The position numbers were made by a program, and so were the translations under genes. From the NCBI GenBank assembly GCA_023128895.1, contig JAGMDC010000011.1:31820-95819 (forward strand): 64,000 bases of DNA, read 5' to 3'. The notes under the pieces are model-generated. The model ran no database searches, was not told where the DNA came from, and saw nothing but the letters and a program-made list of their open reading frames with translations. This document shows, one piece after another, positions 42,219 to 50,144 of the stretch (the first letter of the stretch is position 1; every line of letters begins with the position of its first letter). Source of the stretch: Candidatus Parcubacteria bacterium (GTDB taxonomy: Bacteria; Patescibacteriota; Minisyncoccia; Minisyncoccales; JAGMDC01).

Positions 42219-43391
42219 CAAAAAATAAAAAATCTCCAAAGCGATGCCGAGAATGAAAAAGACAGGCAGGATATACAACAAAGGGTTCATCTTGCGGGAA
42301 AACTTTTTCTTCAAAAACGCTTTGTAAAGCAAGATAACTATTACGCCCTCCAGACCTATGGATAAAGCGCCTGTAAATCCAACAATTTCTATAAATTCTT
42401 TAAACCCTAATAAATAAAAAAACAAGGGCAGAAAACAAACAATAAACCAGGAAAGATTTTTAGGCAAGCCAAAATCATACCATAAGGTTTTTTTGAAAAC
42501 CAAACCCAAAGTAATAAAAGAGGTAAAGCAGGCAATCAAACCAAATATAAAGCCCAAGCTGATAACGCTGTTGCCCAGGGTCTGGCTAAAACCGGACATC
42601 GCGTCTTTTGAAGTATCGCCTCCGCAGACCCCTAAAATAATAAAAATAAAAAACAGATAAGCAAGCGCGGCAATTAAAATCCCGTAAATAATCACCTTGT
42701 TCACTCTTTTTTTGTTTGTTTTTATGTCAATTTTTCCGCTCAAAAAATCGCGGCATATTATTTCTTTTAACGCGGGAACCACGGACAAGCCCCACAAAGA
42801 AAACAAAATAACCCCATAAGGCATGGCAAGGAACCTCCAATCCAATACAGAGGTTTGCAGATTTTCTATAGTAATAAAGGGCAGGGCTCTGGCAAAAAAT
42901 ATCAATAAAATAACAAAGAGAACCAATAAAAGCAAAAGTTCAAAAATGGAAATAGACCTGATGCCCCGAAAAATAAAATAAGCGCCAAGGCAAAAAAAGA
43001 GCAAACCATAAACAACAGCGCTCCCTCCAAAATAAGGGGAAAAAAGAAATTTAAGAAACTCGCCCCCAACAATCAGATAAGCCAAAGACGCGCCGGTTAT
43101 GCCTAATCCTGTTATTAAAACCGTAATTTTTCCCCAAGGTTTTCCAAAATATTCGTTGACATAGCCGGGCAAGCGATGGATATTTTTTGTGCCTAAACAA
43201 ACCTTGGCAAAAAGAAGATGAACAATCGTAACAATTACGGTTATAAGCAGGAAAAATAAAAACACAACAAAAAAACTTGCCTTAGAAGCAATATAAGGCA
43301 AGCCGAAAATCCCTACTCCAATTATTGTGCCGGTAAAAATCGCCAGCGCTTTTAAAGAATTTAGCATTTTATCAATGAGACTGCGGGACAA
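42210..43391 (-). CDS. amino acid permease-like polytopic membrane protein
   Basis: 393 aa, about 11 TM helices. The N-terminal GTIIGVGIFGLPYIASKAS resembles aromatic/hydroxy amino-acid permease family motifs. Confidence 0.6.
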   Translation of the reverse strand: MSRSLIDKMLNSLKALAIFTGTIIGVGIFGLPYIASKASFFVVFLFFLLITVIVTIVHLLFAKVCLGTKNIHRLPGYVNEYFGKPWGKITVLITGLGITGASLAYLIVGGEFLKFLFSPYFGGSAVVYGLLFFCLGAYFIFRGIRSISIFELLLLLVLFVILLIFFARALPFITIENLQTSVLDWRFLAMPYGVILFSLWGLSVVPALKEIICRDFLSGKIDIKTNKKRVNKVIIYGILIAALAYLFFIFIILGVCGGDTSKDAMSGFSQTLGNSVISLGFIFGLIACFTSFITLGLVFKKTLWYDFGLPKNLSWFIVCFLPLFFYLLGFKEFIEIVGFTGALSIGLEGVIVILLYKAFLKKKFSRKMNPLLYILPVFFILGIALEIFYFLVK

Positions 43392-43395
43392 TATC

Positions 43396-43776
43396 TCATA
43401 CTGTTTTAATTAATCTGATGCCTAAGCCAGCGAGGTGGCTGGCGCCGAAAATCGCGATGCCGGCAAAAATTGACCAGGCGATAAGATTAAACAGAGTTGA
43501 CAAAAACGCGGTAGGGAAAATCGCTTTTATCTGCTCCGCCACCATCTTGTTCATAATCTCCTGCTGAATTTCAGGGCTCATGCCATGGGTTCCTTTTGAC
43601 AAATCAGGCAAAACAGGAATTGTTTCCTGATTTTTTTCTATGTCCGCTATATTAAAAACTTCCGGCATCTCCGCCTTGGCTGTAAAAATATTGTAAGAAA
43701 AATAAAGGGTTGCGCAGATGATAATAACACCCGCGAATAATAATACCCAACCGCAAAAAATTTTAAAAGTTATCAT
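43396..43776 (-). CDS. hypothetical membrane protein
   Basis: 126 aa with an N-terminal and two C-terminal hydrophobic helices. It has no prepilin (G/FTLxE) motif. Confidence 0.45.
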   Translation of the reverse strand: MITFKIFCGWVLLFAGVIIICATLYFSYNIFTAKAEMPEVFNIADIEKNQETIPVLPDLSKGTHGMSPEIQQEIMNKMVAEQIKAIFPTAFLSTLFNLIAWSIFAGIAIFGASHLAGLGIRLIKTV

Positions 43777-43785
43777 ATATAGTTA

Positions 43786-44985
43786 TTAATCGTTTGGAGT
43801 AACGCGAATCACTTCTTCAAGCGTTGTCGCGCCCACTCCTGCTTGTCTTATCGCTTCCTCTCTTAATGTATGCATGCCGTTTAGTTTAGCCGCTTCTTCA
43901 ATGTCAGTGAAAGGCGCGCCGCTTATAACCAACTGCTGGATATTCTTATTAATAAACATAAATTCAAATATGCCTTTTCTGCCAGAATATCCGCTTCCTT
44001 CACAATGGCCGCATCCCATCCCCTTAAAAAATCTTGTTTGTTTGTCTTTGGGAACTTTACTTAATTCAAGCACCTTAGCAGAGGGTTTGTCTTCTGCTAT
44101 GCAATAAGGACAAATCACTCTCACCAATCTTTGCGCGATAATAAGAGATAAAGAAGAAGCGATAAAAGAAGGGGGCAAATCAAACTCTAAAAGCCGCACA
44201 ATTGTTCCAACTGAATTAGAAGTATGCATAGTTGAAAGAAAAAGCGAACCTAACAACGACGCTCTAATAGACGCTTCAGCCGTCTTGTCGTCTCTTATTT
44301 CTCCAATCATAATCACATCTGGATTCTGCCTAAGAATTGATTTTAATCCGTCAACAAAATCAAAACCGATTTCCGGGCGAACTTGCGACTGCCGTAGCCC
44401 TTCTACATAATATTCTACCGGGTCTTCTAAAGTGACAATATTCTTTTGCTGGGAACGCAAGTTGTGCAATATAGTGTAAAGCGTTGTTGTCTTTCCCGTT
44501 CCACCCGGACCAGTGGACAGAATCATTCCTGAAGAACGCTGAAGAACATCTTTTAATTTTTCAGCGTCGTCGGCGTGCACGCCAAGTTTCTCAAAATCCG
44601 TAAAAAAAATATTTTTGCCGCCCAAAATCCTTATCACAACCGCTTCATTGATAACTAAAGGAAATACCGAAACCCGCAAATCAATGGACTCAAGCGTGCC
44701 TCCTGAACTAAAAAGTATATGGCCGTCTTGAGGTATGCGATGTTCGGTAATGTCAAGATTTGCCATAATTTTCAAACAGGAAATCACTCTTGGAAAAAAA
44801 TCAATTAACTGTGAATCTATTTTATGCAGTATTCCGTCAACGCGGAAGCGAACTATAAATTCGTTTCTGTAAGGGTCAATATGAATATCTGACGCGCCAG
44901 AGTTAATCCCTCTTGAAATTATATTATTCACCCATTCAGTCGCCTTTGTCTGTTTTAATTTTTGTTTAATGGGACTCTTAAACAT
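43786..44985 (-). CDS. type II secretion / type IV pilus assembly ATPase (GspE/PilB family), short form
   Basis: 399 aa. ASDIHIDP, Walker A GPGGTGKTTTLY, Walker B IMIGEIRD, His box TMHTS, and a tetracysteine CPYC..CGHC. Confidence 0.8.
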   Translation of the reverse strand: MFKSPIKQKLKQTKATEWVNNIISRGINSGASDIHIDPYRNEFIVRFRVDGILHKIDSQLIDFFPRVISCLKIMANLDITEHRIPQDGHILFSSGGTLESIDLRVSVFPLVINEAVVIRILGGKNIFFTDFEKLGVHADDAEKLKDVLQRSSGMILSTGPGGTGKTTTLYTILHNLRSQQKNIVTLEDPVEYYVEGLRQSQVRPEIGFDFVDGLKSILRQNPDVIMIGEIRDDKTAEASIRASLLGSLFLSTMHTSNSVGTIVRLLEFDLPPSFIASSLSLIIAQRLVRVICPYCIAEDKPSAKVLELSKVPKDKQTRFFKGMGCGHCEGSGYSGRKGIFEFMFINKNIQQLVISGAPFTDIEEAAKLNGMHTLREEAIRQAGVGATTLEEVIRVTPND

Positions 44986-44998
44986 GGTTAATTGCCTA

Positions 44999-45307
44999 TT
45001 ATTTCACGGGGTAAAGCGATGACTTTTTTAAAATAATTTTATAGATATTTTCAATAATATCCCCGCCAGCGTATCCGAATACAAAACCCAAAGCCGGTGT
45101 CATCGCGCCCACATTAAAAAAACTCAAACCCAGTTCATAAACAGACATCGCGCAAATCACTCCGACAATTCCTGAAATAAACATCATTGCGCAAAAATAG
45201 GGCAGATGAAACCCGACATTTTTGTAAGCGTATTGGTGCTTTGTGTATCCTATTAATCCCCTCACTGCGCCCCCGCCAAACCCGGCAATAAGAATTTCTA
45301 AATACAT
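44999..45307 (-). CDS. small Gly-rich membrane protein
   Basis: 102 aa with 3 hydrophobic helices. It is preceded by the 84-bp repeat, copy B. Confidence 0.45.
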   Translation of the reverse strand: MYLEILIAGFGGGAVRGLIGYTKHQYAYKNVGFHLPYFCAMMFISGIVGVICAMSVYELGLSFFNVGAMTPALGFVFGYAGGDIIENIYKIILKKSSLYPVK

Positions 45308-45312
45308 ATTAT

Positions 45313-45396
45313 ATTATTGCGGCAAAGCCGCATAATTGTTCGCTCGCTTGAAATACAAAAACAAGTTTTCGTATTTCTCCCTCACTCTCAATTATA
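45313..45396. repeat. 84-bp 5'-region repeat, copy B
   Basis: attattgcggcaaagccgcataattgttcgctcgc..ccctcactctcaattata, matching 15797-15880. Confidence 0.7.
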
Positions 45397-45427
45397 TCAA
45401 TTTTTCAATAAATATAGAAGTGGAAAA

Positions 45428-48400
45428 TTACAATTTGCGGAATTCGCAAATGTTTCTGAAATCGCAATACTTGCAATGGAACGGATTCGGGGTCGGCTGA
45501 AAATCGCTCTGCTTAATTTTCTCAACCATATTCTTTATCTTTTCCTCAATCTCTTGTTTGCCTTTCTCTATTCCAATAAAAGAAACAATACTCCCGTCGT
45601 TCAAATAATAATAACTTAATTTTTCCACGCGCAATCCAAATACTTTTTCCGCGGCAATCTGGTAAATCAATAATTGTTCTTTCTCCTCCGGCTTTAACTT
45701 TGTTTTTGATTTTCCTGTTTTATAATCAATAATCTCCACACTTTTGCCTGTATCGTCTATTCTGTCTATTTTCCCGACAAAAGTACTCCCTCCTATTTTC
45801 AGTTTGAAACTTTTTTCCAAGACAGGGATGCCCTGAATTGTTTTGATTTTTGGATTTGTTTTTATAAAATTATCGTAAAAAATTTTAAGCGAATCCTTGC
45901 CCAACTTGTAATACTTCTGTTTCTCTTCTTCATTTTCAAACCATTCGTCTTTCCAATTATTTTTATAAATCTCCATCAGCTCCTCAAATCCAATAGTACG
46001 AGAACCGTTCTCGTAGTATTGATTTTGGTTTGATTGGGCAGGGGCAAACAATTGATTTTGGGAACTATTTTCGCTTTTCATAACCCTGTTTATAAAATCA
46101 TATAGAGTATTATGCATTGTTGTGCCGTAAGTAAATACTGCTTTGCCTTTCACCGGAATTTTCAAAATATGCGCGAATTTATACTGCAAAGGACATTTTT
46201 CAAAATTCGCCAACTGGCTGTAAGAAAAATGGTCTGGAATCTGCCCTCCCGCATCGCTACGCTTCGCTGGCGAAGCGTTGCGGGCGGGGATTTGGGATAT
46301 TTTTAGGATACTTGCCATTGGAACCTGGGATTTATCTATTATCCCTGCTTCCATCAAAAACCGCGAAGGCTTTTTGAGCCGCGCCTGGCCGTAATCTTTC
46401 GCAGAAGTAAAAAACAATCCTTTTTTCGCGCGAGTCATCGCGACATAAAACAACCGCCTTTCCTCCTGTAAGTGAATGTCCCCTTCCGGCGCCACCTCCT
46501 TAACCAATGGCTCTGGAATTTCAATGGGCTCTTTTCTTTCAATCGTTGGAAATCTCTTATCAACCAAATTAACCAAAAAAACATACTTAAATTCCAAGCC
46601 CTTTGCGGAATGGATTGTCATAATTTTTACTGTTTCTTCGCCCAATTCTGGATTAAATTTCAACGAGCCCTCTTCGCCGGACTCCAATTCCATATCTATC
46701 TGCTGAATAAATAAGTTTAATTTAGGGTCTGTTTGCTCATCCTCAAACCGCTTAATTCTGTCATAAAATTGATTTATTAAGTCCAAATTTTCTTTCATTT
46801 TTTCCGGTTTCTTTTCTTTTGTTAAATGCTCCAAATATCCTGAATCCTGCAAAAATTCCACAAAAATCTCGCTGATATTTTTCTTTTGCGCCGCGGCGCT
46901 GTGCTTTTTGAGCAAACCTAAAATACTGCTGATTTTCTGCTGTCCCTGTTGGGAAATGCCTTGAATTAAAGGCAATTCCTCCATTGCTTCATACATAGAA
47001 CGAGCTTTGCGACGGCTGTATTGATTTATTCTTACTATATCGTCATAAGCAACCTTAAAACAAGGAATATTCAAAACCCTGTAAACAGCGGAACTTTCAA
47101 AATAATTGTCCAGCAATTTAAGATACGAAATAATGTCTAAAACAATTGGCTTGGAATACAGGCCTTTTGAAGACAAAAATTGATAAGGTATGTTCGCGCG
47201 CTCCATCGCGCGGGAAAACATATTTGCCGCCTCATTGGTTCTGCAAAGAATAGCAAAATCATTAAACGCAATATCTTGAGATTTGCTTTTGAGCTCTAAA
47301 ATTTTATTGACAACGCCGTCAAATTCCAGTTCTTTGGTGTCAAAAAATAAATGTTCAATCACTGCTTTGTCTGTTTTCGCGGCTTTTAATCTTTTGTCAA
47401 TTTTTTTAAATTCTGTCAAATCAACTCCTTTTTCGCGCGCACTTTGGGAAATTTCCTTTACTTTGTTGAGCTGGTATTCCAAGCGATTGGGATTATTAAA
47501 TTGGATGAATTTATAAGATAAGTCCAAAATGTTCTGACAGGAGCGATAATTTTCCGTAAGCACTATTTCCTTTGCTTTTGGAAAATCTTTTCTGAATTGC
47601 AAAACATTATTAAAAGAAGCGCCTCTCCACCTATACACACTTTGGTCGTCGTCTCCGCAAACCATAATATTGTTCTTTGGCTCAGCAATTTGTTTTACCA
47701 ATTCATACTGCGCCCAATTAGTGTCCTGAAATTCGTCCACTAAAATATACTTAAATTGTTTTCTGAATTTCTCTAAAATAAGAGGCCTCTGCTGGAATAA
47801 TTTCAAGCAGTAATTGATTAAATCAGCGAAATCCAGACAATTATTTTCCAACAATAAGCGCTGGTATGTATGATAAGCGTTTGCTATTTCTTTAATTCTG
47901 TCACGCTCGTCCTGCAGGCAGGCGAGTTCGCTTTTGTCTTTTGATTTTATTGCCTTGCTCCCAACTGGCGCGTCGTTTGTATTAAACTGCAAATCCTCGC
48001 TGTATTTCAAATATTGTTCCGGCGCGATTCCCTCGTCTTTGCACCGGGAAAAATGATTAAGCAAACTCTGTATAAACTTTGTTGGATTGCCCAACGGCTT
48101 ATAATAATCCAAATCAAACTTGTCTAAATTCTGGCGTATCAAAAGCCAGGACCCTACTTGGTCCAATAACCGAAAATTAGTTGAAAGCCCGATGTCCAAC
48201 CCGTAATTTTTCAAAACCCGCTCGCAAAAAGAATGAAAAGTGGAAATCCAAAATTCTGAATAATTATCCGGGAATATCTCCTCTACCCTATCCGCCATTT
48301 CTTCCGCGGCTTTTTCCGTAAAAGTTAAACCTAAAATTTCTTCTGGCTTTGCTTTTTTGGTTTTAATAAGTTCAGCGATTCTTTCCGTAATTACGGTTGT

Positions 48401-48502
48401 TTTTCCAGTCCCGGCGCCGGCAACAATTAAAAGAGGGCCGTCACACCACGTCGCGGCCATCTTCTGCTCTTTATTCAATTTTCTCTTTTTTACTTCTGCC
48501 AT
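45428..48502 (-). CDS. UvrD/PcrA-type SF1 helicase fused to a C-terminal Cas4/AddB-type PD-(D/E)XK nuclease
   Basis: 1024 aa. Helicase motifs are GAGTGKTTV, VDEFQDTN, TIHSAKGLEF and YVAMTRAK. Nuclease motifs are GKIDRID..IIDYKTGK with Cys ligands C..CKYCDFRNIC. It carries one GC-rich palindrome and one 29-bp palindrome in frame. Confidence 0.85.
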   Translation of the reverse strand: MAEVKKRKLNKEQKMAATWCDGPLLIVAGAGTGKTTVITERIAELIKTKKAKPEEILGLTFTEKAAEEMADRVEEIFPDNYSEFWISTFHSFCERVLKNYGLDIGLSTNFRLLDQVGSWLLIRQNLDKFDLDYYKPLGNPTKFIQSLLNHFSRCKDEGIAPEQYLKYSEDLQFNTNDAPVGSKAIKSKDKSELACLQDERDRIKEIANAYHTYQRLLLENNCLDFADLINYCLKLFQQRPLILEKFRKQFKYILVDEFQDTNWAQYELVKQIAEPKNNIMVCGDDDQSVYRWRGASFNNVLQFRKDFPKAKEIVLTENYRSCQNILDLSYKFIQFNNPNRLEYQLNKVKEISQSAREKGVDLTEFKKIDKRLKAAKTDKAVIEHLFFDTKELEFDGVVNKILELKSKSQDIAFNDFAILCRTNEAANMFSRAMERANIPYQFLSSKGLYSKPIVLDIISYLKLLDNYFESSAVYRVLNIPCFKVAYDDIVRINQYSRRKARSMYEAMEELPLIQGISQQGQQKISSILGLLKKHSAAAQKKNISEIFVEFLQDSGYLEHLTKEKKPEKMKENLDLINQFYDRIKRFEDEQTDPKLNLFIQQIDMELESGEEGSLKFNPELGEETVKIMTIHSAKGLEFKYVFLVNLVDKRFPTIERKEPIEIPEPLVKEVAPEGDIHLQEERRLFYVAMTRAKKGLFFTSAKDYGQARLKKPSRFLMEAGIIDKSQVPMASILKISQIPARNASPAKRSDAGGQIPDHFSYSQLANFEKCPLQYKFAHILKIPVKGKAVFTYGTTMHNTLYDFINRVMKSENSSQNQLFAPAQSNQNQYYENGSRTIGFEELMEIYKNNWKDEWFENEEEKQKYYKLGKDSLKIFYDNFIKTNPKIKTIQGIPVLEKSFKLKIGGSTFVGKIDRIDDTGKSVEIIDYKTGKSKTKLKPEEKEQLLIYQIAAEKVFGLRVEKLSYYYLNDGSIVSFIGIEKGKQEIEEKIKNMVEKIKQSDFQPTPNPFHCKYCDFRNICEFRKL
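45992..46020. repeat. 29-bp palindromic element, copy 2 (inside the helicase CDS)
   Basis: aatagtacgagaaccgttctcgtagtatt, translated as QYYENGSRTI. Confidence 0.85.
46244..46289 (-). repeat. GC-rich palindromic element, copy 4 (inside the helicase CDS)
   Basis: The minus strand reads ccccgcccgcaacgcttcgccagcgaagcgtagcgatgcgggaggg, translated as PARNASPAKRSDAGG. Frame and orientation are the same as in ftsZ. Confidence 0.85.
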
Positions 48503-48555
48503 AGTTTCTTCTTAGTTCCAATCTACTATCTTTGCCGCTTTCGGTCAAACAAAAC

Positions 48556-48584
48556 AATACTACGAGAACCGTTCTCGTAACATT
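48556..48584. repeat. 29-bp palindromic element, copy 3 (intergenic)
   Basis: aatactacgagaaccgttctcgtaacatt. Confidence 0.8.
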
Positions 48585-48694
48585 GGAGATTTGAAGATTT
48601 TATTGAATCAGGTTATAATATAAAATGATTAAAGGTCGGTAAATTGGACAAATCAAAATATAATATAATATAATTTATATCAAATCAAAAAAAT

Positions 48695-49936
48695 ATGACA
48701 AAAATAAAAATTACTTTAGGAATTTTAGTCGTTGGAGTTTTAATTGTTTCAGGGGCAATGTTGGCTTCGGCAGGCAATCATGCGGCAGACCAAAGGGTTT
48801 ATGTTTTGACAGATAATTCAACGGTAAAAACAATACTGGGAGTTAGACACGAATTTCCAGGCGCATTTTCCGCTGAAGTTTCTCCGCGATTGAAAGCATT
48901 AAACTCTTTAGGATTGATAAAAACTGAACCGGTTCAGATTTATCAAATTACTGGAAAACCGGTTTGCGGCAATGGGATAATTGAGGGCGGCGAGAAATGC
49001 GAGAAAAATGAATCGGGTGAATGGCAGGGATGTCCAGAAGGGCAAACCTGTAAAAATTGTAAATGTATTGAAGAAAGCGCGCCGCCAGAAAGAGCTTGTT
49101 ATCCAGCTAACCAAACTCCTTGGGGCATTGTAAAAGTAAATGGGGGTTCTGGCGGAGCAGGAATAAAAGTGGCGGTTCTGGATACAGGTGTGTATAAAGA
49201 CCATTTAGATTTAAAAGCCAATGTTGTAGATTGCAAAGACACTACAAAAAGAGGGATTAAGAATGGTTGCCGGGATGGTAATGGCCATGGTACTCATGTT
49301 GCCGGAACAATTTTAGCCAATGGTGGAGATGATGGTAAAGGGATTTATGGAGTAGCGCCAGAAGCAAAATTGATGGCGATAAAAGTTTGCGGACCAACTG
49401 GTTGTTGGGGTGACGATATTGCGGCTGCTATTAGATATGCATCAAACAATGGCGCTAATATTATCTCAATGAGCCTTGGCGGAGATAGCCAGAGTTCTAT
49501 TATTAAAGATGCGATAGATTACGCGGTTGGCAAAGGTGTTTTGGTAATAGCTGCGGCCGGCAATGACGGACCCGCAGATGGTAGTATAGATTATCCAGGA
49601 GCAAATGCGAAAGTAATAGCAGTAGGCGCAATTGATTCAGGGAAAAATGTGCCAAGTTGGTCATCTCGGGGCATAACTGCTGGTGATTACATAATTGAAG
49701 AAAGAGAGGTAGAGTTTGGAGCACCGGGTGTGAGCGTGGAATCGACATGGAAAGACAGCTGTTATAACACAATTTCTGGAACATCTATGGCAACACCACA
49801 TGTTGCGGGACTGGCAGCTAAATTATGGCAAGGCAATGCTTCTGCTACCAGAACTTACTTGCAAAGTGTAGCCACGGATATTTGGGACGCCGGAGATGAC
49901 ACAGCAACTGGTTTTGGGCTTCCAATAGCTCCATAA
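48695..49936 (+). CDS. secreted subtilisin-like serine protease (S8) with a Cys-rich insert
   Basis: 413 aa with a signal peptide. The insert is CGNGIIEGGEKCE..CKNCKC. The catalytic triad motifs are VAVLDTGV, HGTHVAGT and GTSMATPHVAG. Confidence 0.9.
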   Translation: MTKIKITLGILVVGVLIVSGAMLASAGNHAADQRVYVLTDNSTVKTILGVRHEFPGAFSAEVSPRLKALNSLGLIKTEPVQIYQITGKPVCGNGIIEGGEKCEKNESGEWQGCPEGQTCKNCKCIEESAPPERACYPANQTPWGIVKVNGGSGGAGIKVAVLDTGVYKDHLDLKANVVDCKDTTKRGIKNGCRDGNGHGTHVAGTILANGGDDGKGIYGVAPEAKLMAIKVCGPTGCWGDDIAAAIRYASNNGANIISMSLGGDSQSSIIKDAIDYAVGKGVLVIAAAGNDGPADGSIDYPGANAKVIAVGAIDSGKNVPSWSSRGITAGDYIIEEREVEFGAPGVSVESTWKDSCYNTISGTSMATPHVAGLAAKLWQGNASATRTYLQSVATDIWDAGDDTATGFGLPIAP

Positions 49937-49971
49937 CTTCAAGGCGGAAAATAATTAAAATTTAATAGTTT

Positions 49972-50130
49972 GAGAGTGTAGAGCAATATCCTTTCTACTG
50001 CGATTTCCAAAATTCGGTCAAATTTCCCAAAAATTTTCTCAACTTAACAATATTAAGTTTCAAAAATTGTTTGAAAAATTTACCTCAAATTTTGAAAACC
50101 TCGTTACGAAAAATATTGTTCTACACTCTC
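49972..50130. mobile_element. MITE family 1, copy 4
   Basis: gagagtgtagagcaatat..atattgttctacactctc, 159 bp, flanked by a perfect AGTTT/AGTTT direct repeat. Confidence 0.85.
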
Positions 50131-50144
50131 AGTTTTTGTAAAAT

